From Candidatus Terraquivivens tengchongensis (lineage in GTDB: Archaea > Thermoproteota > Nitrososphaeria_A > Caldarchaeales > Wolframiiraptoraceae): DNA of 64,000 nucleotides. The notes under the pieces are model-generated. The model was not told where the DNA came from. It did not search any database and saw nothing but the letters and a program-made list of their open reading frames with translations. The DNA lies in NCBI GenBank assembly GCA_023261845.1, contig JALNJZ010000002.1, positions 96,001 to 160,000 of the forward strand, given 5' to 3'. Below are positions 53,100 through 62,109 of this stretch, piece by piece. Every line of letters starts with the position of its first letter. Positions within the stretch are counted from its first letter, which is position 1. The translations under genes were made by a program, and so were the position numbers.

Positions 53100-53432
53100 A
53101 TGGGGAAAAGGAAAATAGTGTCTGAATCTGACGTCTTGGAAGAGCCGGTGACCCCAGGGCCTGGAGACGTTTATGGTGTTGTCGTAAAGATGTATGGATA
53201 TGATAGGGCTTTAGTAGAATGCTCAGATGGAAAGCAAAGGTTATGCAGGATAAAGGGACAACTGAAAAGGAGAATATGGATTAAGGAAGGAGATTTGGTG
53301 TTGGTAAGCCCTTGGGAATTTCAACAAGATAGGGGAGACATTTTTTGGAGGTTTACTAAGAATCAAGCTATAGAATTAGCCAAGCAAGGTGCCTTGCCTG
53401 ACTTCCTTAAAGCCAAGATAGAGGCTGGTTAA
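53100..53432 (+). CDS. eif1A: Translation initiation factor aIF-1A
   Basis: C.DG..RLCRI.G.LKRRIWIKEGDLVLVSPW. Confidence 0.95.
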   Translation: MGKRKIVSESDVLEEPVTPGPGDVYGVVVKMYGYDRALVECSDGKQRLCRIKGQLKRRIWIKEGDLVLVSPWEFQQDRGDIFWRFTKNQAIELAKQGALPDFLKAKIEAG

Positions 53433-53456
53433 AAGCTTACGTATGGTGAAGCTTTT

Positions 53457-54245
53457 CTGAACTCTGATAAAATTGAGAAAAAGCTCAGGAGAAAAGAATT
53501 CAAGGCAGATAGGGAACAAAGATATCTGCATAAAAGGTCAGAACTTGATGAGGTTCTGGAAGAGGTTTTTGATAGACTTACGCTCATGACGATTTATGAT
53601 TTGATGAATGCCGGCGCGCTGTTAGAGTTTTATGGTGTAATTAGCGCTGGAAAGGAGTCGAGGATATATCTAGCAAAAGGTCCTGAGGGTTTCATAGCCG
53701 TAAAGATCTACCTGATAACTAGCGCGGAGTTCAAGAAAACTAGGATGACTTACGTGGCACATGACCCGAGGTTTAAAAGAATTCCGAGCGACTTTAGGGA
53801 CTTCATTTATCTTTGGGCAAAGCGCGAATTTGGAAACTTGAAAAAAGCATATGAGGCTGAGGTTCCAGTACCTAAACCATACTTCGTGGAAAATAACGTT
53901 CTGGGCATGCAATTTCTAGGAAAGAACGGAACAAGGTATCCAACATTGGAAGAGGTTGAATTGGAGCCTAACGATTATGAGAAGATTTATCCGCTGATTC
54001 TTGAGAATATGAAAAAGCTTTACCAAAAAGCAGACCTGATACATGCAGATATGAGCCAATATAACGTATTTGTTACGGATACCTTATCGATCTACTTCAT
54101 AGATTTGTCCCAGGCGGTCCACACTTCGCACCCCTTAGCCGAAGTGTTTTTGGAAAGAGATGTAAAGAACATCACAAAATTTTTCGAGAAAAAAGGGATT
54201 AATGTCAAACCTCCAGAAGAGGTCATTAAGTGGATAAAATCCTAA
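53457..54245 (+). CDS. rio1: Rio1 serine/threonine kinase
   Basis: ISAGKESRIY, AVKIY, WAKREF.NL, LIHADMSQYNV, IDLSQAV; frame open upstream of ATG 53586 with EEVFD..TL; probable CTG start 53457. Confidence 0.93.
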   Translation: MNSDKIEKKLRRKEFKADREQRYLHKRSELDEVLEEVFDRLTLMTIYDLMNAGALLEFYGVISAGKESRIYLAKGPEGFIAVKIYLITSAEFKKTRMTYVAHDPRFKRIPSDFRDFIYLWAKREFGNLKKAYEAEVPVPKPYFVENNVLGMQFLGKNGTRYPTLEEVELEPNDYEKIYPLILENMKKLYQKADLIHADMSQYNVFVTDTLSIYFIDLSQAVHTSHPLAEVFLERDVKNITKFFEKKGINVKPPEEVIKWIKS

Positions 54246-54250
54246 AACCT

Positions 54251-55822
54251 TTACGTAAAGCTTTCCTGTTCTTCTAATTTTATCTTTTCCATAATGTCAG
54301 GGGTCACGCCCATCTTTTTCAGAAGCTTCGTAACGTCTGGAGGCTCCTTCCTATCTATGAGCTCTGCTGAAAATTTTGCTATCTTTGGAAGGTATTTAGC
54401 GTATATGCTCAACCTCTTTATTGCGACGGTACGTTTCTCAACTTTTATTAGATAACGCTTAAGCTCTCTGGCACATTCCCTTATTGCGATTATAAGCTCG
54501 CGCTCAATTTCCGGTCTATCGGCTATTGCCTCCTTGCCTACGGTCTTGTAAGGAATTTTCAGAGAACATATATGCGTGACAACAACAAGTGGTGCAACTT
54601 TTGGGACATTATAATTATTCCAATCAATTCTTTCAGATACTACTTTCCATACAACGTCAGCTCTTTCATCGTAGAGGAGCGGTATTTTATTCGCAAACCT
54701 GTATATTTGTATATTCTCGCTTGGCGGTATCTTGCCACCATATGCTATTGCAACTTCTACTATGAACGGAAAGCCAGAATAGGACTGTGGTGGTCTTTGG
54801 ACAACGTAGAGGAACTCCGGCATCAGTATTGCCCTAATGCCCGCCTCAAGCAAATCCTTGCCTATTGGACTGAGGGGGGTCGGGTCTGGTGCCCTGAACT
54901 TTTTATACCTTTTGATGGCCTCTACGAGCGCAGTAAGCTGATCATGATTTAATTCCTTTGGGTTTGCTGTGTGCGCGAGGCCAGCCAGCTCTAGAACTTC
55001 TCTTGCAGTTTTAGGGCCAACGCGCTGGAAGCTGGACGTCAAAAAGGATAAAAGAGTTTCAGACTTTGTTGCGGATATCAGCCGCTTCATGGTTTCTACA
55101 TCAACTCCTACTGGATGCGGTAGCGCCTCTTTTGGAGGTTCTGGTACCTTTTCGGCAACCCTTGGGAAGTAGTATAACCTGCCCTTAGGGTCGATGAACG
55201 TCAACGAAGCATTCGGGTTTGCAATGGCAGTATTTCTGAAGTACTCGACTATCTTCGCCTTGCTATTGGTGTAATCCGTCTCGAGATAATAATCTATTAT
55301 CGTGCCCCTCCAATTATCGTTATTTTTATGAACTTTATGATCGAGCACTATAGGTTTATTCTCAACGATGTCAATTCTCAAAACGAACTCATGTATGTCC
55401 CCATCTTTACAGGATATAACAGTCACTGGTCTGTTGGTTGTAATTTGGCCGTACAATAACGCCATTGTACCACCAAGCCCAAAAGTTCCACGCGATTGAC
55501 GGTATCCGTACTTGCTTCCGTAAAATACGGTTGCAAAGGCGTGTGGTATGTGTTCCGCATCAACACCTATCCCGTTATCTTTAACCCTCAACCTGAAAAT
55601 TTTAACGTCTTCAGAGCTGCCCTCACCCACCTCTTGTAGCTCAACGATTACCTCAGGTAAAATCCTTCCTACTTCACAGGCATCAAGCGAATTTTCTACG
55701 AGTTCTCTGATTGATGTATAAAGAGAACGGCTAGGATTTGTGAATCCAGCAATATCTCTATTACGGTAAAAGAAATCAGCGGGCGATATTTTCTCGAATT
55801 TTACCTCTGCCAATTTTATCAC
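54251..55822 (-). CDS. top6B: DNA topoisomerase VI subunit B
   Basis: SPADFFYRN..IAGF, ELVENSLDA, DNGIG, QSRGTFGLG, RFANKIPLLY, GKEAIA. Confidence 0.97.
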   Translation of the reverse strand: MIKLAEVKFEKISPADFFYRNRDIAGFTNPSRSLYTSIRELVENSLDACEVGRILPEVIVELQEVGEGSSEDVKIFRLRVKDNGIGVDAEHIPHAFATVFYGSKYGYRQSRGTFGLGGTMALLYGQITTNRPVTVISCKDGDIHEFVLRIDIVENKPIVLDHKVHKNNDNWRGTIIDYYLETDYTNSKAKIVEYFRNTAIANPNASLTFIDPKGRLYYFPRVAEKVPEPPKEALPHPVGVDVETMKRLISATKSETLLSFLTSSFQRVGPKTAREVLELAGLAHTANPKELNHDQLTALVEAIKRYKKFRAPDPTPLSPIGKDLLEAGIRAILMPEFLYVVQRPPQSYSGFPFIVEVAIAYGGKIPPSENIQIYRFANKIPLLYDERADVVWKVVSERIDWNNYNVPKVAPLVVVTHICSLKIPYKTVGKEAIADRPEIERELIIAIRECARELKRYLIKVEKRTVAIKRLSIYAKYLPKIAKFSAELIDRKEPPDVTKLLKKMGVTPDIMEKIKLEEQESFT

Positions 55823-55909
55823 CGTTCTTGGATTTGTATCACGAATATTGTTATAGACTGCTACGCAATTTGTGCACAGCGCCTATTTTATCTTTCCCTA
55901 GGAATAACC

Positions 55910-56506
55910 CTATAGTTTAAATCCAGGCATAAACTTCCCCGCTTTTCTCTTCCGGGCATATTCGTCAAGCATCTTATATGCCACGCTGTGCGGTGAGCCG
56001 GTTATCAGCCTTATCACGGCCTCTTTAGCAGCTTCAACATCCTGAGGATCTCCTATTATCGCTACTGTATCTCCGTATATTGACACTAATGCGTGAGCAT
56101 TTTCTTCGATTATTTTTCTCGTCTTTCCTTCAGTTCCTATAAGTCTGGCCCTAACCCTAACCAGGTCATTCACATTCTTGCCGATGAAATCTTCTAAATG
56201 CACGATGTCTAGCACCACATTATCTTCAAAAAGTTTGAATGCCCTTTCTGGTGAAAAGCCTCTTCCTATTGCAACTACAACGTCACGGGCTTTAAACATG
56301 GCTGCCGGATCTCCTCCTTCGTTTGGGGACTTCGCAAGTTCTATTGATACGACACCATATTTGCTATCAATCGTGAGCTTCACGCCTAGCTTTTCCTCTA
56401 TTGTCTTCTTCACAGAACCGTTAACTCCTATCAGTACGCCTATTCGGTCTTTAGGTATGGTTACCGTAAGGATTCCATGCTTCAATTCTGAATTATCGGA
56501 ATACAT
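55910..56506 (-). CDS. Tandem KH-domain rRNA-processing protein (Dim2/Pno1-like)
   Basis: RIGVLIG.NG, AIGRGFSPE, RLIGTEGKTR, G.PH..AY. Confidence 0.9.
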   Translation of the reverse strand: MYSDNSELKHGILTVTIPKDRIGVLIGVNGSVKKTIEEKLGVKLTIDSKYGVVSIELAKSPNEGGDPAAMFKARDVVVAIGRGFSPERAFKLFEDNVVLDIVHLEDFIGKNVNDLVRVRARLIGTEGKTRKIIEENAHALVSIYGDTVAIIGDPQDVEAAKEAVIRLITGSPHSVAYKMLDEYARKRKAGKFMPGFKL

Positions 56507-56559
56507 TCCGTCATGTTTCCAAGAAATTTAGTATTATATAAACAACAACTTGATTTCCT

Positions 56560-57318
56560 TCAGAAAACGACTTCTGAAGGAAATACGGTTATTCCGTTTT
56601 GTGTTATCTTAAACGGCCTAGGTTGTATGTCATGGTTCACACCTCTCATTTTCTCAATCATTAAAACATAAATGACGCCGCCGACTCTAATAAACCTCTG
56701 TAAAAGTATTACACCATGAGCGACATATTCTTCGATCTGATACTTCCTCTCAATTGACGATTGTGCAAGTTCCGAAATCACCAGTGTCGTGCACTCAAGT
56801 GGAGCGATACCCTGGATTAAGTTAAGTATGCTCTCTCTCCTTTCCACTTCGTCTGGATATTGTAATATGAATGTCGAGAGGGAATCTATAACGAGTCTTT
56901 TAGCATTTACCCTTCTGCATTCCTTTTTTATCTTTTCTATCAAAGATATGAGTTGGAATTCTTTGCTTCCAATCGGTACCTCACCCATCTTGATACTCTT
57001 CGATATGAAACGTACTGGCGAAGCATCAATTATAGCAATTTTACCCTCTCTCTCCAATTTATCTAAATCCCAACCAAACCTCAGCATGTTAGACTTAATC
57101 ATTTCAGGATCTTCTTCAAGAAGCACTAAGACACCATTTTCACCAAATTTAACGGCACCGTTATAAAGGAACTGGACACCAAGTGTCGTCTTACCACAAC
57201 CCGGTGAACCAAGGACTAGCACCATGTATCCTTTTGGTATGCCCTGCCCTTCCAACATAGCATCGATGCCATCTATACCTGTACGGGTGTATGCTCGCAA
57301 ACTAATCACCATATACAT
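56560..57318 (-). CDS. KaiC/RAD55-like RecA-superfamily ATPase (single domain)
   Basis: TGIDGID.ML, GSPGCGKT, RLVIDSLS, EEYVAHGVI.L, IEKMRG..H. Confidence 0.9.
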   Translation of the reverse strand: MYMVISLRAYTRTGIDGIDAMLEGQGIPKGYMVLVLGSPGCGKTTLGVQFLYNGAVKFGENGVLVLLEEDPEMIKSNMLRFGWDLDKLEREGKIAIIDASPVRFISKSIKMGEVPIGSKEFQLISLIEKIKKECRRVNAKRLVIDSLSTFILQYPDEVERRESILNLIQGIAPLECTTLVISELAQSSIERKYQIEEYVAHGVILLQRFIRVGGVIYVLMIEKMRGVNHDIQPRPFKITQNGITVFPSEVVF

Positions 57319-57424
57319 ATAAAAGTTATTTTTAAATTTAGCTATTTAACACTACCTCCGCCTAGTCTTTCTTGTGGGCGCTTTTCACACTCATCAATAT
57401 GTTCCTTCTCAAATGGGTACATCT

Positions 57425-57595
57425 CTACCCCTTCGGACGACCCTCAAGCTCTTTTAATGCATCCGAATTGTCCACTTCAATCACCACTGGCCCGATGTAG
57501 TCACACGAAGAGCACTGATACAACATTCCTGCATATCCGCCCAAGTATAAATTAATCCTATCGCTTTTGCAGATAGGGCATATTAGGGTTTTCAT
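57425..57595 (-). CDS. Small Zn-ribbon protein, 56 aa (absent from ORF track)
   Basis: Own translation MKTLICPICKSDRINLYLGGYAGMLYQCSSCDYIGPVVIEVDNSDALKELEGRPKG*; starts 4 nt after the Lrp stop. Confidence 0.8.
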   Translation of the reverse strand: MKTLICPICKSDRINLYLGGYAGMLYQCSSCDYIGPVVIEVDNSDALKELEGRPKG

Positions 57596-57598
57596 ACA

Positions 57599-58042
57599 TC
57601 AGAACTCCTCTTTGATCGTAAGAAATGATGCGCATGTCATGCTCTTCCCAACACCTTCAATAGCCCTGAGCTTGTCTATAACGAGCTCGCCTATCGATTG
57701 TATTGACTCCCCTCTTACCTTCAAAAGTATGTCCCACTCACCGGATATCAGATGAACCTCATGAACGTCGGGCAGTGTTGCTATATATTCACCAAGCTTT
57801 TTTTGAGAAATGTTCGCTCCTGGAAGAAAGGATATTAACACGAACGCCGTCGCTGGCTTGCCGAGCTTCGAGTAATCCGGCATTATGGTGAATTTTTTAA
57901 TTATCCCTTTACTCCTTAGCTTCTTTATCCTCTCCTGAACAGTCGTCCTCGGCATGTTGAGCTTCATTGCAAGCTCCGAGACGCTCTGGCTTGCATCCTC
58001 AATAAGCTCATTTAATATCTTCCAATCTTTTTCGTCCATCAT
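57599..58042 (-). CDS. Lrp/AsnC family transcriptional regulator
   Basis: DEKDWKILNEL..DA.QS..ELA, GIIKKFT, HLISGEWDILLKV. Confidence 0.92.
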   Translation of the reverse strand: MMDEKDWKILNELIEDASQSVSELAMKLNMPRTTVQERIKKLRSKGIIKKFTIMPDYSKLGKPATAFVLISFLPGANISQKKLGEYIATLPDVHEVHLISGEWDILLKVRGESIQSIGELVIDKLRAIEGVGKSMTCASFLTIKEEF

Positions 58043-58130
58043 GTCATTATAAAATAATGTTAACGGTTGCTTTTGGTTCTTACTCTTATGATGTTTATTC
58101 GTTAAGAACTGAATTAAAAGTAAAGGAAGT

Positions 58131-58931
58131 TTAGCTGACGCTGGAGGCCTGTGCCTCCTTCCAGATAAGTATTATTGCATACTCTCTAGGTATGCCCTTA
58201 GACTGCATAATGGTCTCTATATTCCTCTGCAAGGATTCATCAACCCTTGGGCCAAACTTCGCTCCATGCTCTTCTTTTAACTCTTCGTAGAGTTTGTCAG
58301 CAAGCTCGGTGTACGTTGTTAAAGAATAAATTTTTTTCGGCAACTCAGAAATCGTTCTAGCCATTTCTTCCAGTTCTCTAATCTTCTTTTTCTTCTCAGA
58401 AAGTTCTTGCCTAAGGATTGTGACCTTTGCCTCTAAGCTTGCTTTAAGCTCTTGAGGCACGGACACGTTCGAGCTTTCCTTATATTTCAGCGTATCTAAC
58501 TCAACGATCGAGATACATAATTCCGTCTCAATATTCGAAAATTCAGTCTCCAATTTGCTCTTAGCCGCATTAATTTTTTCAACTAAAGACGCCGACTCAC
58601 CAACTATTTGCTCCCTCATCGCGTTCCATCTTGCCAAAACCTCTCTAATGGTTGCAATACTGATGTCCTGTTCCAGAAGCATCTTTTGGAATATTTGCTC
58701 CCGTATCTTTACTTCTTGTATCTTTGACATGAGAGCGTCATACCTATCAAAAGCTTCTTTAACTATTGAAACCTCAAGGTCCTTAGGTGGTACGATACTC
58801 TCAGGTGGTTTTTCTTGCAACTTTGCTTCTGTTTCTATAGTGCTTACTTCAGGCTCTAGCTGAGGAACTTCCTCTACTATGTCCTTCGGCATTTTTTCTT
58901 CTTTAAACTTTATAACTATCTTTTTTGGCAT
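58131..58931 (-). CDS. Coiled-coil hypothetical protein (weak CdvA-like coil pattern)
   Basis: Acidic/Pro-rich N-terminus then long heptad helices; co-oriented just downstream of the JAMM gene. Confidence 0.7.
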   Translation of the reverse strand: MPKKIVIKFKEEKMPKDIVEEVPQLEPEVSTIETEAKLQEKPPESIVPPKDLEVSIVKEAFDRYDALMSKIQEVKIREQIFQKMLLEQDISIATIREVLARWNAMREQIVGESASLVEKINAAKSKLETEFSNIETELCISIVELDTLKYKESSNVSVPQELKASLEAKVTILRQELSEKKKKIRELEEMARTISELPKKIYSLTTYTELADKLYEELKEEHGAKFGPRVDESLQRNIETIMQSKGIPREYAIILIWKEAQASSVS

Positions 58932-58981
58932 TATAGAACCTCCCAATCAAATCCCAGTTTTTTAAGAATCCACATATAATT

Positions 58982-59611
58982 TCATCCCTTCTTATTTGGT
59001 AGAAGTTTCTTGGTTTTGCTAAAAAACTTTACTATAGAGTCAATATCAAGCATTTTGGTGGTGCTGCCCTTCGCATCTTCGTTAGTAGCGGGTTTTTTGG
59101 GAATCAAATCAATCATTTGGAGACCGATTAGTGTGCTTTCAAGGACTTTATGCCGCTGTAAACCGAGTGTGAACCTTACGGGCACAACTTTTTCATTTTT
59201 ATCTATTCTAAATACGCCGATCTTGAGGTCCGAAACTTTCCAGCTGGCACTAAATTGCACAGGGTCTATGACCAACGCTATGGCCTTAGGAAACATAGCC
59301 TGGTAGGCTTTTTGTGTCTCAATATCTATGGGTGACATAAAGACGTTTAAACCGGGATGCGAATGGTACCAGCCAACTATATACAGGTCTGGAATATTCT
59401 CTACCAAGACTTCGGCAACCAGGGCCATAACGCTCTCCTCAAGCTTAACGTATGCGGGTGAGCTTTGTTGAAGACCCGTAACAGCATCCCAGACTTCAAC
59501 AACGTCCGATACGACTTTTCCTACCATTAACCCTGCGACTTCTTGATTAAGGTTGCTAATGGAGTGATGAAGTATCTTACCAAGAGCTAAGGGATAAATA
59601 CGTGCCCTCAT
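58982..59611 (-). CDS. Rpn11-like JAMM/MPN+ deubiquitinase
   Basis: EVAGLMVG, IVGWYHSHPGL.VFMS.IDI.TQ, ALVIDP; divergent from ubiquitin as in Caldiarchaeum subterraneum. Confidence 0.92.
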   Translation of the reverse strand: MRARIYPLALGKILHHSISNLNQEVAGLMVGKVVSDVVEVWDAVTGLQQSSPAYVKLEESVMALVAEVLVENIPDLYIVGWYHSHPGLNVFMSPIDIETQKAYQAMFPKAIALVIDPVQFSASWKVSDLKIGVFRIDKNEKVVPVRFTLGLQRHKVLESTLIGLQMIDLIPKKPATNEDAKGSTTKMLDIDSIVKFFSKTKKLLPNKKG

Positions 59612-59805
59612 GGAACCTGCATATTAATGCTTAACCATATTAATTAACGTTTGAAACGACCAATGAGGTTGCCAAATAGCCCTTAGCGTAATGCGCCCAA
59701 AATATATGGGAATTCCCGGCGTTGTTTGCACGTAACCCCCAATCGCTTTAAAAAGTTAATACTTAAATACGTTACAAGTAAAGTGCCGATGGGGGTTAAC
59801 GACTT

Positions 59806-60087
59806 ATGAAAATCAAAGTTATACCTGCGGTTGGTGGCGGTAGCCCTCTAGAATTGGAGGTATCACCAAACGCAACAATAGGGGCAGTTAAGGCGAAAAT
59901 TTGCGCGATTAAGAAACTTCCACCAGACACCACGTACCTAACCTACAAGGGTAGGGCCTTAAAAGAAACGGAAACACTCGCAAACATAGGCATATCAGAA
60001 GGCGACAAATTGGTCATCATAACGAGAACAGTGGGGGGTGACGCTTCTGGAGACCTACTCAGAATTACCCGAACCTCTGTGGAATAA
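59806..60087 (+). CDS. Eukaryote-like ubiquitin precursor (78-aa mature form ending TRTVGG plus 15-aa propeptide)
   Basis: Beta-grasp pattern; strongly resembles Caldiarchaeum ubiquitin as recalled (MKIKIVPAVGGGSPLELEV...LITRTVGG); di-Gly at 60034-60039. Confidence 0.95.
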   Translation: MKIKVIPAVGGGSPLELEVSPNATIGAVKAKICAIKKLPPDTTYLTYKGRALKETETLANIGISEGDKLVIITRTVGGDASGDLLRITRTSVE

Positions 60088-60553
60088 AAGACTGGCCGTA
60101 GAGTATAGGTTAATGCAGGAGCGTGACCCTCCGTTATTCGATATAGTTGATGGTGATCTGACACACTATACGGGCGTGATAGTAGGCTCCGGATACTACG
60201 AGGGTGGGTACTTTAAGGTAGAGATAAAAATACCAAGGGCATACCCATACGTGCCGCCTGATGTTGTCTGGCATACAAGGATATGGCATCCCAATTTCAC
60301 AGACGAAGTCCCTGCTAGGATATGCGAATCCATTTTCAAAGATGATTGGAGACCTGGATTGTACCTCGTGAACATCATCGAAGCTCTCCAAAATCTGTTA
60401 GCCAACCCAAACCCGGATGATCCGCTCAATTCGATAGCCGCTTATGAAATGAAGTATAGACCTGATGTTTTTTTAAATAGGGTTAGGTACTACATACAGT
60501 TATACGCAACCCCAGAAAAGCTCTTTGAGAAAAAGTTAAAGTGGCGAATATAG
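60038..60553 (+). CDS. Ubiquitin-conjugating enzyme E2
   Basis: YEGGYF...IP..YP..PP.V...T.IWHPN...RICES (catalytic Cys)...W.P...NPNPDDPLN..AA. Confidence 0.95.
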   Translation: MTLLETYSELPEPLWNKRLAVEYRLMQERDPPLFDIVDGDLTHYTGVIVGSGYYEGGYFKVEIKIPRAYPYVPPDVVWHTRIWHPNFTDEVPARICESIFKDDWRPGLYLVNIIEALQNLLANPNPDDPLNSIAAYEMKYRPDVFLNRVRYYIQLYATPEKLFEKKLKWRI

Positions 60554-60713
60554 CTAAAATTTCGTTTTCCACAATCTCGTGGAGCGTAAGATACAGGAGA
60601 GTAGAATTCCTAAAATACATCTACAATGGATATGCACTAAAAGGGTTTACAAGACCCTATTCTAGAGGATAATAAACATTATTATATCGTTTTAGCAGAC
60701 TTTCGAGCTGTAA

Positions 60714-61901
60714 ATGGAGCCGTATCTGCTGGAAAGATATGATAGACAGATAAGAATCAGCGGATGGGATCAGTGGAAAGTATCGAACTCAACGGTCTTA
60801 ATAGCAGGCGTAGGCGCAACGGGTTGCGAGTTAGCAAAGAACCTTTGCCTTGCAGGAATAGGTAAGCTGATCTTAGTTGACAACGATGTGATCGAGCTCT
60901 CGAACCTTAACCGCCAAATGCTTTTTGACGATTCTGATATAGGTTCACCGAAAGCTATAATTGCCAAAGAGAAGCTCCAGAAGATAAACCCCTATGTTAA
61001 GGTTGATGCTTACTATGAGGACATAAGAAAGTTTGACGAATCTATGTTAAAGAACGTGGATGTGTTTTGTTCTTGTCTAGACAACTGGGCAACGAGAAGG
61101 TGGCTCAACTCGCTTGCCGTCGAGCTTAAGAAACCACTCGTGGATACAGCGATCGAAGGTCTTTATGGGAATGTACAGGTTGTAATACCAGGAGAAACCG
61201 CATGTCTTGAATGTCATGGTGATGCCTTAATCCCTAAGGACACACAATTGGCTGAATGTACACTTAGAAGGCGTAAGCCAGAGGACTTGGCTGAGGACTT
61301 AAGGAAAAACAAAATCGAGATGCCCTTTGAACTTGTTAAAGAGCTGTTCTCTATGGGTATAAAAACGATTTATGACCTGAAATATACGCCAATAGAAAGG
61401 TTTCAAAAAGAAGGTAGTAAGATTTCCGAGGAGATACTCAGGATAAGGGATCTTCTAAAGCCCAAGCTACCGGCAATTCAAGGAGGAGCATCGGTCATAG
61501 CAGGTGTGGCATCTTTAGAGGTACTGAAAATAATACATGGTGGAAGCATTGGAAAGGTAGCGAAGCACCTAATAGTCTACGATGGCGTATCACAAAGGTT
61601 AACTAAGGTCACTCTAAAAAGAAGAGAAGACTGCTTTGTTTGTGGCGATATTATGCAAGGAAAACCAATCGAGATAACGGTTAGTCCTGACGACTATATA
61701 TGGAACTTAAAGGAAAAGATAAGTACGTTATTCAGCATACCAGATCCCGAAATCCAGTATAAAAAGTGGATATTAAAAGACGAACAAAAGTTATCGGAGA
61801 TAAACATTAAAAGCGACGACATACTATATATCCACACGAGTAGGCGGTACGTGCCAATACCCATAAAGGTGAGCCTTATTGAAAATAGTAGTGGGACATG
61901 A
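60714..61901 (+). CDS. Ubiquitin-activating enzyme E1 with C-terminal ubiquitin-fold domain
   Basis: RYDRQIR, GVGATGCE, D.DVIELSNLNRQ, CLDN, CLEC, AECT (likely catalytic Cys), CFVC, then a Ubl-like ITVSPDDYIWNLKEKI...L.EINIK..D. Confidence 0.95.
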   Translation: MEPYLLERYDRQIRISGWDQWKVSNSTVLIAGVGATGCELAKNLCLAGIGKLILVDNDVIELSNLNRQMLFDDSDIGSPKAIIAKEKLQKINPYVKVDAYYEDIRKFDESMLKNVDVFCSCLDNWATRRWLNSLAVELKKPLVDTAIEGLYGNVQVVIPGETACLECHGDALIPKDTQLAECTLRRRKPEDLAEDLRKNKIEMPFELVKELFSMGIKTIYDLKYTPIERFQKEGSKISEEILRIRDLLKPKLPAIQGGASVIAGVASLEVLKIIHGGSIGKVAKHLIVYDGVSQRLTKVTLKRREDCFVCGDIMQGKPIEITVSPDDYIWNLKEKISTLFSIPDPEIQYKKWILKDEQKLSEINIKSDDILYIHTSRRYVPIPIKVSLIENSSGT

Positions 61902-62109
61902 GGTTTGTGTGGGCAAGTGGATCTGGACAAAGGTTAAGACTGTGAATAGGGTGTGCCCGGTTTGCACTTCCGAAATTGATGAAGGTGCGGCTACAACAAC
62001 GTGCCCCCATTGTGGTTCCGTGGGTCATAAGGCGTGTTTTGATAGTTGGTTAAGTATAAGGAATGCGTGCCCGATATGTAAGAGACCAGTATTGGAGATG
62101 GTGTTATGA
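61879..62109 (+). CDS. Small RING-finger protein (E3, srfp-like)
   Basis: CPVC-x12-CPHC-x4-H-x2-C-x3-W-x6-CPIC. Confidence 0.9.
   Translation: MKIVVGHEVCVGKWIWTKVKTVNRVCPVCTSEIDEGAATTTCPHCGSVGHKACFDSWLSIRNACPICKRPVLEMVL

Noticed and set aside
53430-53432. Stop-codon readthrough fusing aIF-1A and Rio1 (same frame)
   Set aside because: The stop is TAA, not a Sec/Pyl codon; an SD-preceded CTG start is simpler.
57342-57422. 26-codon minus-strand ORF (MYPFEKEH...) after the Zn-ribbon gene
   Set aside because: Too short, no motif, cannot be distinguished from chance.
60541-60672. 43-codon ORF (GTG start) in the E2-E1 gap
   Set aside because: No SD or recognisable motif; the gap more likely holds an internal promoter for E1.
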